The notes under the pieces were generated by a model. That model had not been told where the DNA came from, did not search any database, and worked only from the letters and a program-made list of their open reading frames with translations. A stretch of DNA of 64,000 nucleotides from Strigamia acuminata (taxonomy: Eukaryota). Where the stretch lies: NCBI GenBank assembly GCA_949358305.1, contig OX442314.1, forward strand, positions 4,588,001 to 4,652,000, written 5' to 3'. This document shows positions 11,380 through 22,209 of this stretch, piece by piece (positions within the stretch are counted from its first letter, which is position 1; each line of letters opens with the position of its first letter). The position numbers and the translations under genes were made by a program.

Positions 11380-14300
11380 AAAAAAATTCAAAATCTGACG
11401 ATTTTAATTCTTTAATTTATAAAGAAGACGAATATAATACACTTTTCAACAAGAAACACTTCTAAACTTTACTTTTGACAAAATAAAATTAAACTTCGCG
11501 TTTGTTTGACACGTGTTAGCTTTTGCAGGTTACACGGCACACAAAATTCGAATCGTGACTGAAATCGGGACGGCGTGGTCAAGATGACTCTGGAACACGT
11601 CTTCTGGTCTGGTCTGGATGCGAATGATCAGTATCTGATCTGGTCCTCCTTTAATAGCAGGGGGCTGGGGATCCCTAGATCTCCCAACTTCTGATTGGCG
11701 GATGTTAGTGTCGGCCAATGGTATAAAGGACGTTACATCTATTTAGTAGTTCTCTACTAAGTCCGTTCCCTTCGAGATTCAATTTTACCGATAAAATAAA
11801 ATTCCTTCGGGAAGACATTCGTAAAATATTGTATTTTTCAAATGAAAATAAAATAAACTTACTTCAATCTTCTTGAACTTTGGGATTTTTACCAATCCAA
11901 ATAATTAAATAACTTTTCTTCAAAAAATATTTTTCTTTTAATTATTCCGTTAGTGTGTGATATCGTTACAACCACAACTTTAATAAAGTTTTCTCAAACT
12001 CTCAATTTTTCTTATTCTTATTCAATTATCGTTCAAATAATCATTCCTTTGTAATTGAAATCTATTTTCGATTCCCAACATTGTGTATTCATTTCCAATA
12101 GGAAGAATAATTTGACCAAGTCTTTACTTTTTCGGGTTTAAATTCCATTTTTCGAGTGTGAAAAAATAAATTTTCACCATCCATCTCCCCCTTTTTTAAC
12201 AAATTTTTTTAACAAATAAAAATTCGTTAAAATTCTTTAAATTTGTTTTGCGAGAAAAATTATCTAATTCTCTAATCTTCCAAAAGAAAATATTCGAAAT
12301 TTTACTTTAAACGATAAAGTTATTGGTACAAATGTGTACTTGTTTTTCGGGAGAAAACTATTCGACAATCCTTTAGACTTTTGGGTAAAAATTATTCATC
12401 AAATCTTTCTTTTTTGATGACAATTGCTTTGATTTTTCGAAAGAAAATATCTAGCTAAATTCCACTTTTCCTGAGCGGACAATTGTTTTCACAATTAGTT
12501 ATTCCTTTGCGATATTTACGAAGGACGTGTCTTTGATTATTCGTTTTAATAATTTTCGTCCCCCTTATCTCTAATAACGAGATGTTTTTGCAGAGATCTT
12601 TTATCTTTTGAATGAAAGAATATTTAAATCTCAATTGTCGTAAATACCTTCATCTGCTGCAGCATTTCCTCAATTTGAACTTTTCAAATGAAAAGACAAA
12701 TCTGGAGAACTTTCACTGTCAAACTTCTATTCCTATCGCGCCAAAATTCGTAATTCACTGGTTTGGAATTCCGTATAACACGTGACACAATAACAGTATC
12801 GATGTCACAATTAAGCAGTTTACTACTCGGTCCGCGCGAGGACATGTAAATTACTTTTTTCCGATAAAAATAATTTTTCTTTGAAAAATATTTGAAATTG
12901 ATTTTTCACAACTACTTTTGAATGAAATAAAATGAAGTTATTCCAACTTTTCGTTAATTGCTCACACATAACATTCCCTTTACTGTGGGATTTGCATCGA
13001 AATTCCATTTTTAAAGAACCTTTCTTTTACTTATCGCAAATAAAACATATTCAATCGTTTTTCTGATTAAACTTTAACACGTAAATTACGAACGAAATAT
13101 ATGATGACATTCCATTAACCTTTAGGAAAATTGACTAAATTCTTAATTTTTAGAGAAAAATAATGTATCTAGAATCTTTCCTTTTCCGAATAAAATCTAT
13201 GTTCAAAATAGAAGATAAATCTTGTGCAATTCTTAGTTTTTTCGAATGGAAAAATACAACTTTTCATCAGCGGTGATTTATTTGATTTTTCCGAAAGAAA
13301 AATAATTACTTTGAAACTTATTTTCTTCGTTTAAATCAGCTATCTGATTTTAAAGCTTCAATCCAATCAAAAAATATTCGCTCCGTAAATATTTCATGTG
13401 GCAAAGTTCATAGCCACAAATGGATTTGTTATTCCGGTTTTAAGAAATCATGTGGGAAAATGTCCGATTAGATTACTAAAAATATTCGTTGTTTTTCAAA
13501 CAGCTAAATTTCATTTAGAAATTCTCAAAATTTGGGAGACCCAAATATCGTTGGAAACTTAAAACACTGTTAAATTTCCGAAAGGAAAGATTGAATGAAA
13601 TCCTTTTACTTTTCCGAGGGAAAGCGTTTATCGTGATTCGTAACTTTCAATGTAAAAAATACTATTCTACGTGGTCGGCAACTTCATTCGCCGCCATTTT
13701 ATATTTTCTTAATTTCCATTGTCCCGAAGGAAAAAATGTACTTTTTGTGAAAATAGTTAATTCCTTCAAATAAAGGTAATATTCATTTCGATTTGCAAAT
13801 CTTTTCTGCGAAATGGAGTGTGTTGTTTTTCTCCAACAACTAAATTATCTTTGGTACCGATGGCAGTGGAAAAATTAGTTCGCGACACTTAAATAAATCT
13901 CTACGAACCTTCTGTAACATTTCTCCGCTGTCTTTTATCTGTTGTCCGCCATAATTTCCAAGCATTCGTTCGCACCTTGCGTTGAAGGTTTGAGTAGCTT
14001 CCCTGCTGCGTTTGATACGGAGATCGACGCGTATTGCTATGGCGCGTGGTCGCTGGCTATCGGTGTCGACGTACAGTTACAAGAAACTTAATTTCTTGTA
14101 AATATTTCCAAATAGTTGCGGTGTTTTCTTCGTTTTAACTTTTCAGGTGGAAAGATAAATTCGTAAGAAGTCCGCCTTCTAAACTTGTATGTTTTTAGCT
14201 TTTCGAAATAAAACAAACTTCGAAAAAAATATCTGTATTCTTATTTCACTCGAAACTTTTTTTGATTTCTTATTTAAAATACTTCGTATTCCTTAAATTG

Positions 14301-14882
14301 TCGAACGAAAATAGTAAAGAGAGTTCACTAAACGTTTCCATTTCGTCAGTTTAACTTTTCACATGAAAATATAAACTGAAAATCTATTTGTCTGTTTTAA
14401 CTAAAATTTTTTAGTTAATATCGGATTCAAGATTCGCTTTTGCAATTCGATCGAATTAATTTGCAACCTATTTCAGTGATCGTGTGATAGGTCTATAACT
14501 TCCGAAATTCCTAGTTAAAGGACTGTTTTGGTGTTTCTCAAGAAAATAAACATGGTTTGAAACTTGTCTGTTTTTTAACTAAATCTTTTAGTTAAATATT
14601 TATCTCAAAATTCACTTTTACAATTCTATCGAATTTAATTGCAACCTAATCTCGGTGGGACCTCCACGTGTGAGATTAGGTGGTAGTCTTTGAAATCCCT
14701 AAAATCTTCAAACGAAAATAATGAAGGAAAATCTACTACGTATTTCTATTTCATCAGTTTAACTTCTTCACATGGAAATATAAACTGAAAATTTAATCTG
14801 TCTATTTTTAACTTAAATCTTTTAGTTAAATATTTATCTCCAATATTCACTGTTGCAATTCAATCGAATTTAATTGCAACCT

Positions 14883-14901
14883 AATCTCGGTGGGACCTCC
14901 A
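14883..14901 (-). promoter_or_regulatory. Primer binding site of element C, tRNA-Gln
   Basis: TGGAGGTCCCACCGAGATT, complementary to the tRNA-Gln 3' end (AATCTCGGTGGGACCT-CCA). Confidence 0.9.
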
Positions 14902-14903
14902 CG

Positions 14904-16817
14904 TGTGACGGTGACGACCACAACTCCCATTTAACAATGGTACCGGGAAGAGATCGCAATAAATAAACAGTGAATACAATACGAGATAAATACAAGACAG
15001 TTTATTGTTGGCAAACAATATGGATGAGCTAAATTATACATAGGACTAATGCCGACATTTGGCAAGTTAAATCAGCTATTAAACTATACAAAGAATTGGC
15101 CAACTGGCCCTAGAATAATATCACTACGGGTCTGGAATATGGGAGCGGTTTCCCCATCGCTCGACCTGATTATAGATGTCATCTTAAGCCGGATGGCTGT
15201 GTCCTGGAGTCCGATACGGCTTCGCTGGTTTCCTTGGTTCGCTGTGTAAACTATCGCACGTCGATAAATCGAATGATCTGAGCATTGCGGTTGACTTTGT
15301 CTGCACCGCCACAACTTTGGGAGGATATTGGTGTAAGTAAATGTATTCATTTACTTATCAATATTCCACTTATGAATTATATTTAATTCATATCGTTGTG
15401 AATTCTTATTTAGATATTTCGGGAATAAGTTGTCGTCAACTTATCGGTTATATTGAGTTCAATATGAGATTAAGTCTTCTGACTTGATTTTGGTCCAACT
15501 GGTTGTCGAGTTTAAGTTTTTCTGTTATAAATAAAATGAAGATTAAGCTTCCCGTCGCAACACACAATTGCCATCGATTAGAATATACGCCTTGCCATGC
15601 AGAACGGTATCAAGCGTCCCCGGCGTCGCAGCACGGTCGTCCATCGAGTGGTTGACGGTACCACGTACACAGGGGTCGATAGCTCGCGGCTCCGCACAGC
15701 AGTTTTATCTCTCGCGGTACTAATAATAGACCGACTGCTTTGGCATCGAATACCATGAGAATCAGCTTGCCAAACACTTGGTGCTACTCGTGGTTACTGT
15801 AAAACAGACTGCTTTGGCACCATCAGGTGAAGGAACCGATTCTCAACAATACCGATGCTACTCGTGGTAACGGAATACGTTCATACCGAAAAAGACAACT
15901 TGGTCCTGTCCGGAGGATACTGAATTGCACAACGGCGGGTTCTCCTTCGGCGTCGCAACCGTAGACTGTAACATTTATGCAACATAATAATCCCAGCACT
16001 TCGACTTCAATTGCCGGCGGTGGCATGATTCTGTAGAATCATGCAACGGTTCTTTGCGAATAAATCAACAAAGAACCAAAAGGTTTTTTACGTGAACAAC
16101 GAATCATATTTCTTAAGTAACAATACCAAACAGAAAATAATCAAACAGAGCTGCGGAATGGCCGATTGTTTGGGTTTATATAACCTGACTGGATTTAAGG
16201 ATTAATCCAGTCATCCAATTGGAACATGGGTTCCACGAATCCCTCCAATCCCGTATCACCGGAAGTGGATACGGAGGAGCATTTATGCAAATTATGCTAA
16301 TCCTTGTTACAACCGGAACTGGATACCCAGGACCGGAAATGGGTTCCACCAATCAGATTGATCGGTTGACCGATTGATCGCTAAACATTCTGTCCCGCAG
16401 AAATGGAAGTTACATTGTATTTAACAATGTCAGATACTTAATATATATTTATATTAATATTTAACACAATTTATTCACTTGATTAAATATACGTTTATAT
16501 TTAATCATGAGGTTTTCAAGTTCGTATTCGAATTTATCGCTAATTGCGATCGCGCCATCTAGTGGCAATATGGAGCATTGACAAATGCGGGTTTTAGCAG
16601 ACGAATCTTCGTAATTATGCCGTGATACTTTAGTATCATGTGGAAATTAGTGTTTATTCTTAATAAACGAACATCTTTGTATTTGAAACATCATAAATGA
16701 CTTTATTCTAGACATTTATCAGTTTTACACAGAATATTGTAAAAAATACCATCATATTGGCGCAACAGCGCTTTCTTGATAGAAAATAGGCATTTATAGC
16801 CATTGTAAACCGTCATA
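14904..16817 (-). repeat. 5' LTR of element C
   Basis: Sense termini TATGACGG...CCGTCACA, followed by CG and the PBS. Confidence 0.97.
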
Positions 16818-17470
16818 GTATTACGATGAACGGATGACGTAACGTGCCATGTGTCCATCGAAATGAAAGATGGATGGTTCCATCTGGAGTGACTTCTTCA
16901 CTTGCCGTCGTAACTCTGACACCAGGTCCGATAGGTTGTAGATATTTTTCTAGACCTAATTGATTAATAACTGAAGTGGCTAGGAAGCTCTTATTCGCTC
17001 CTGAGTCCAACATCCCAGTTATTACACCTTTTAACGTTTCTAACTTTAACGTCGGGAGGTCTTGGCTGTTTGGTATTCCAGCCAGTTTGCACTCAAACTT
17101 GCGCAAATTATGATGAGTTGTAATTGGAGGCTCCAAAGGCAATTCATCTAATAACTCATTGGTATCAAGAGTTGTAGCTGCAAATAACTTAATGCACTCC
17201 TCAATTCCAGGTGTCTCTGGAACTGAGCTTGGTCTATTATCTGTAATTTCGACTTTATCTTGAATGTTGGAAGTGTCTTCTTCAGTCGGAGTTTCGCCGA
17301 CAATCTCCTTTTTTAACTCAAGAGATTCTTTTTCTTTTAGTTCTGTTTGACGAATTAATTCATCAATAACTTCTCCAACATCTTCCATTATCTTCAGATT
17401 TTCATTCTCTGATTCCGATTTCGGAGGTGACGCAGCGTCCACTAGACCTGATGAATCTGCGTCTACAAGT
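16818..17470 (-). pseudogene. pol: Pol of element A, protease part (5' of the nested insertion)
   Basis: Aspartic protease motif MLDSGANKSF. The frame continues across the GTAT target duplication into 7388 (..PFIVI|PNKYPMVLLGCDF). Confidence 0.9.
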
Positions 17471-20400
17471 TTTTTCGAAACATGTCAGTTATGATCTTGA
17501 CTGCTTTTTCAAACTCAGCTGTTGACACTGGTTTGTCCTTTTTAGAGGAAGGGCAGTCTTTTTGCCAATGCCCTAATTTTTTGCATAAATTGCATGGATC
17601 AGTGGCAGGCGATTTCTTTTTTGTTGCTGCTGGTGAGGCAGAACGAGAACGAGCGTCAGACCGGCGCTCAGGCGACACCGCAGGTGACTTTGAATTCCTT
17701 TCGGTATTCACCTTTGATGCGTCAAATGAAACATTTTTTGGTTTCATTCTTGGCTTCCATTTGCCTGCAACGGGGTTATTTTTTGCTAATAACGCCGCTG
17801 CTTTGGCCAATAAAGCCAACGTCTCGTCTCCTGCTTCCTCCTCCTCTTCAGCTTCTTCAGCGTCAGACGGCGGAGTTTCAGCTCCAGTTATATTTGCATG
17901 TAACTTAGGGACTGAATGAGGATTTTTGACGTCCTTTTTGGAAGATTCTGTTTTCAAACTCTTCCCTTCCACCTCGTCTAGAAAGTCTTCGTAACTAGGT
18001 GGCTGCAACAATTTCAAACCATTAAAGGTTTCATTGTTTTGCTCAGCGAGTCTTTTCTCTCGCTTTAAGTACGCTGACCTTTCGGTATCTGTAAGGTAAG
18101 CTTTATACTTTTCGTCAATGCGCAATTGATTGACTTCCATGAACTCGTTTAACTCGGAGAATTTCCCCGGGTCGGGAGCGTCCGACATCATCAGAATATT
18201 TTTACTATATTCTGTGAGACCAGCTCTAAACTGATCATCTGCTGTTGCATCAGTGACAGCGTGTGGCATTCTGCCAAGCAGATTCTCTGCTCTTAGCATG
18301 TACGAATGTAAGCTTTCGCCTTTTCGTTGCTTAAGACATCGCCAGAGCGTCTTGATGTCTTCGCTCGATTCACCAAATTTAAACATAAATTGTTTAACGA
18401 AGTCATCCCACTTCGTGAAGTCTTTCCTGCGAAACCACTCCTTGACATCGCCAACCAGTATTCTTGGTACTAGATGGGCCAATGCACCTTCACAGCTAAA
18501 GCTATGAACTTTGCCTAGTTCGAATATTTCCAACAAGAGGTTTGACCCTGCTTGCCAACTTCCATTATAGGCATGTGGGATAACTCGATCCCATCTAATG
18601 AACTTTTCATCTGTTGTTTGATGAGTCCATTTATCAGAAGTAAATTCATTTATTTTTTGCAAAATAATTTTATCCCTTCTGTTTTTTCGCTGTTGTTGAG
18701 CATTTTGCCTCAACAACTGGTCAATCTCATCTTTCGTGTAGAAATCGGGTCTTTGAGTTCTACTACGTGTTCTATGACGAGATCGCCCTCTCACACTGGG
18801 GTGTGAGGAATCTGTATCTGACGCAGATTCATGATTCGGATTTGGCGGCGGATCAGGGTCCGGAGGATCGTCGCCATCTGGCGGACGACGGTCTCCATTT
18901 GGTGGTCCCCTTCCACCTCGATTGCCATTCGAATTGTGGTCACGTGAGTGGCCACCTCCATGTCCATCTGAACTGTCTCCACCTGGTGGGTCACCACCTA
19001 GTGGATTTCCACGGTATCTCGGCCCATCACGGATGTCGTTGTGACAATCGCGTTTCGGTGAGCCTTCTCGCGGATTATCGTGTGACCGTCCACGATCGTG
19101 TGGTTTCTCACGTTCTTTATTCTTCCTCTCTAGCAATCCAATTAATCGGTCACTATTGCTAAAGAATCGATCCGAATCTTGTGGAACTTTTGGGGAATGA
19201 TATTCGGTCGGGTCTGGTTGTCGCTTTCGCTTTTTGCGACTGTGATGACTATTACGGCTTCCACGACTACTGCGTGAGTTATCACTGTCAGTCCAGCTTG
19301 ATTGTCGACTGACTTTTGGTTTAGCTGATGTTAAATCAATCAACTCAGGTGATTTGGAAGCACCTTTTTGCAAAACTGGGGCTGGCTTTGCAAAATTATC
19401 TTCGCCGCAAACGTCTTGTACTTTTTGTACGACTACTGCAAAGTTCTCTTGTACCGTCAATAGATCTGCGCGAAGAATTTCGTTTTCACGAGCTTGCATA
19501 GCTAAGTCGGCACGTAATAACTGCTCTGCAGTGCTTTGACTTTTGGCGGCTTGACCAGCATCAATTACAGACTGCTGTCGAGCGAGAAATACTTCATTTT
19601 CTCGTTGTGCTAATCTCTTAGCTCTTGCTGCTTGCTCTGCAGCATAATTCTCGTAATTTCGAGAACATGAGGGGATTGCTTCCCTCGCTCGAACTGGGGC
19701 GGTTAGTTCGGCAGTCATTAAATTTGTGTTGGCTTCTCGCAAATTTGCGTTAGCCAATCTCAAATTTTCATTAGCAATTTCTAAATCTTTTTGTGCTTGA
19801 TTTAGTTGCTCGAGCCTTTGTTGTTGCTCTTCGTCAGTAATTAGCCAGGAAGCTTTTTCCTGCTCTAAATGTAACAACTTAACATGATCATTCGCACGTT
19901 GTTGTTTTAGTTTGGCATTTTGCTGCTGCATTTCTGCATGCATTCGCTCGAACTCTGCTTGTAAGCTTGTTCTGACGATTTCAACGTCTTTTTGGCTTTG
20001 TTTGCGAACCATAGCTTTGTGGATTTGTTCCACAGTCATTTCGCTAGTGACTTTTACTCCCTCGAGCCTAGCTTGCTCACGGAGCGCGTCCATCATGGTA
20101 ACACGCACGGGAGAATGAGAAACTTCCATATTGAAATTCTCAGAATCTTGATGTGCTGCACCTTGAACTGGTGATGAATTCAGCGAGTGCTCTGCACTTG
20201 ATGATTGAATTCGTAAATTCAAATCATCATTTTGCGACTTGGAACGGCCACTTCCAGTTGGATTATTTAAGTCCAACTGGCCGCTTGGCGGGGATGGCTG
20301 TTGTCGCTCCAACGCTTGCGTGAATTCATTCACGATTAACTGTGCCGAGTTACAGTTAGCTGTTTGATCCATGGCTTCAAACAGTTCTTGTGACTCAGTC

Positions 20401-20486
20401 ACTTCTTGATCCACGGCTGGTAGATCGATCGCCACTCGTCTCTTCGCCGGCCTTCCTCTCGGTCTCTTCTCTGAAGGAGTCGCCAT
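17463..20486 (-). CDS. gag: Gag of element A (1007 aa)
   Basis: Coiled-coil-like N-terminus, capsid-like 'VKEWF..WDDFVKQF..LKQRKGESLHSY', zinc knuckle CNLCKKLGHWQKDC, slippery heptamer AAAAAAC at 17475-17469. Confidence 0.92.
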   Translation of the reverse strand: MATPSEKRPRGRPAKRRVAIDLPAVDQEVTESQELFEAMDQTANCNSAQLIVNEFTQALERQQPSPPSGQLDLNNPTGSGRSKSQNDDLNLRIQSSSAEHSLNSSPVQGAAHQDSENFNMEVSHSPVRVTMMDALREQARLEGVKVTSEMTVEQIHKAMVRKQSQKDVEIVRTSLQAEFERMHAEMQQQNAKLKQQRANDHVKLLHLEQEKASWLITDEEQQQRLEQLNQAQKDLEIANENLRLANANLREANTNLMTAELTAPVRAREAIPSCSRNYENYAAEQAARAKRLAQRENEVFLARQQSVIDAGQAAKSQSTAEQLLRADLAMQARENEILRADLLTVQENFAVVVQKVQDVCGEDNFAKPAPVLQKGASKSPELIDLTSAKPKVSRQSSWTDSDNSRSSRGSRNSHHSRKKRKRQPDPTEYHSPKVPQDSDRFFSNSDRLIGLLERKNKEREKPHDRGRSHDNPREGSPKRDCHNDIRDGPRYRGNPLGGDPPGGDSSDGHGGGHSRDHNSNGNRGGRGPPNGDRRPPDGDDPPDPDPPPNPNHESASDTDSSHPSVRGRSRHRTRSRTQRPDFYTKDEIDQLLRQNAQQQRKNRRDKIILQKINEFTSDKWTHQTTDEKFIRWDRVIPHAYNGSWQAGSNLLLEIFELGKVHSFSCEGALAHLVPRILVGDVKEWFRRKDFTKWDDFVKQFMFKFGESSEDIKTLWRCLKQRKGESLHSYMLRAENLLGRMPHAVTDATADDQFRAGLTEYSKNILMMSDAPDPGKFSELNEFMEVNQLRIDEKYKAYLTDTERSAYLKREKRLAEQNNETFNGLKLLQPPSYEDFLDEVEGKSLKTESSKKDVKNPHSVPKLHANITGAETPPSDAEEAEEEEEAGDETLALLAKAAALLAKNNPVAGKWKPRMKPKNVSFDASKVNTERNSKSPAVSPERRSDARSRSASPAATKKKSPATDPCNLCKKLGHWQKDCPSSKKDKPVSTAEFEKAVKIITDMFRKNL

Positions 20487-20579
20487 TTTTCAATGAGGAT
20501 TTAGAAAGAATAGAGAAGAAAGATAAGCAAGATAAAAATGGCGGGTAAATTTTAAACTATCAAAATTTATACAATGTCT

Positions 20580-20597
20580 ATCCCGGACGGGCCCCCA
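20580..20597 (-). promoter_or_regulatory. Primer binding site of element A, tRNA-Pro
   Basis: TGGGGGCCCGTCCGGGAT, one mismatch from the canonical tRNA-Pro PBS TGGGGGCTCGTCCGGGAT. Confidence 0.9.
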
Positions 20598-20599
20598 CG

Positions 20600-21563
20600 T
20601 GCTGCGATCCGGGTTATTATCGCACTTATTTCTAATAAATAAGCACGAAACCGCAGGTGAATGCTACTTGAGACTTATATCGCGGCCTTAAATTATCTAG
20701 GGTTAAGTTTAAGGAAATAAAAAGACAGTTTATAGTATAAAAATCACAAATATATGTTTATTCGGTTTAATACAATAAAATATGATGAAAATGACTAGTT
20801 AAAATAATACAATGGCGACAAGTCGCTGAATAATGGAGTAGGAAACAAAGGAAGGGCTTGCAACGACTGTTGCAAGCTACAAAGCGTCAGAAATGGCGCT
20901 TAAACAACACAATGTTGTTGAGCGAAGGCAAATGTCTTCGTTTACTGAACTCACGAACGATGGTCGAAGACGATGGTTCTCGTGGGCTCCTTCTACGGCT
21001 CGTGCGACGGCTCGGCGGCGGTGGTTGACGGCTGTAGGCGTCCGGCTCTCGTACGATGGCGGTGGCTGTCGTTCGCGCGGCAGCGACGGCGATGGTTCAC
21101 GATCGTCGGGAAACTTCTCGGTTACGATTGCTGGAATTAGCTTCGGCTAATTCAAGCAGGATAGCTGGCTTTGTAATTCGTTACAAAGCAAGCTGGTGAA
21201 ACTTGATGGTTACACGGTCCACTGTCAATACGTATTGTCGGAGCAGATATTGCAGTGATGTTGTGGGTTGTGTATTTTTGTCAAGAGTCCCGATTTGAGC
21301 CAAGGCGCGAGCCCAGAACGCTTCAATATTGCGCAGAAAACCTGCGCACTTAGCTCAAATGGGTGCAACTAGTGGTTATTACACCATATTGCACCATAAC
21401 GGCTAATAACCGTCTTCACCCCGGACAACCTGGGGTGATATGTGCCTAGAGAGGATTTCTCCCCTCGGTCACATGATCTGACTTGGCGTGTGCCACAGTC
21501 AAATTAATTAGAAGACAATTAATTTTATCTTCTAAGTTGGTGAAATATTTTGAGATCACCACA
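20600..21563 (-). repeat. 5' LTR of element A (about 964 bp)
   Basis: Minus strand starts TGTGGTGATC (element B LTR starts TGTGGTGATT) and ends ..GCAGCA, then CG and the PBS. Host sequence homologous to 53353 onward resumes at 21564. No second LTR is available to confirm the ends. Confidence 0.75.
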
Positions 21564-21773
21564 ACATGATTGATCTAGGTATAATGGTAGCTGAACATGG
21601 TAATATGGTAAGTGCATTTTACTCTGCATGCTAATGGAAAAGGTAGTAATGGGTTGTAATTTGCATGAAGACTTGCAAGATAAATTTGTGAGTAAGTAAC
21701 TTGTCAGTTAGTCAATAATTGGTGCAGAAAGCCAGAAACATTTGGATCGATCTTATGCATTCCTACATTTGAC

Positions 21774-22198
21774 CAGAGATCAGCATTGTCGTAAAAATTC
21801 TACCCGTTACCCGCCCGTTACCCGCCCCCCCCTAAAAATTTCCTACCCATACCCTACCTTACCCTACCCTAACCGTACCCGTATATTTACCCTACCCTAC
21901 CCATACCCATACCCGATCGCAATCACGTCGAGTGTTTTAACTGTTTTTGCTTTTGCGAATGAAGCATAGATCGCAAAAACATTAAATCGTCCAACTTGGA
22001 CGAGTCTAGTCGATTTCGCTTCTTGGTCAGAGTATTGCCGCTAACACTTTTATAGTACAAAGTACGATGTTAGCACCACGTTGCGAACGTATAAAAAACG
22101 TACCCGAGGCGTAACCGTTAGCCTCGGGAGAACTGTACCCGTTACCCGCCCGTACCCGTAGGGTACGGGCGGGTACGGGTACCCGATGCTGATCTCTG
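21774..22198. mobile_element. hAT-type MITE in the 3' UTR of ENaC copy 1
   Basis: TIR CAGAGATCAGCAT / ATGCTGATCTCTG, 8-bp TSD CATTTGAC, internal TACCC repeats. Absent from the paralogous site near 53550. Confidence 0.92.
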
Positions 22199-22209
22199 CA
22201 TTTGACAAA

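Larger units (their letters stand above)
7389..16817 (-). mobile_element. Nested non-autonomous LTR element C (9429 bp, LARD-like)
   Basis: 1914-bp direct repeats at 7389-9302 and 14904-16817, 4-bp TSD GTAT (7385-7388, 16818-16821), PBS, and PPT (TTAAGGGGGATG on minus, ending at 9303). No gag/pol motifs seen inside. Confidence 0.95.
959..21563 (-). mobile_element. Ty3/Gypsy LTR retrotransposon A (gag-pol-ORF3), inactive, 3' end truncated, carries a nested insertion
   Basis: Order on minus strand: 5' LTR, PBS, gag, PR-RT-RH-IN, ORF3. Pol is split by the 7389-16817 insertion and has nonsense codons at 7338-7340 and 5178-5180. No 3' LTR in the window. Confidence 0.93.
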
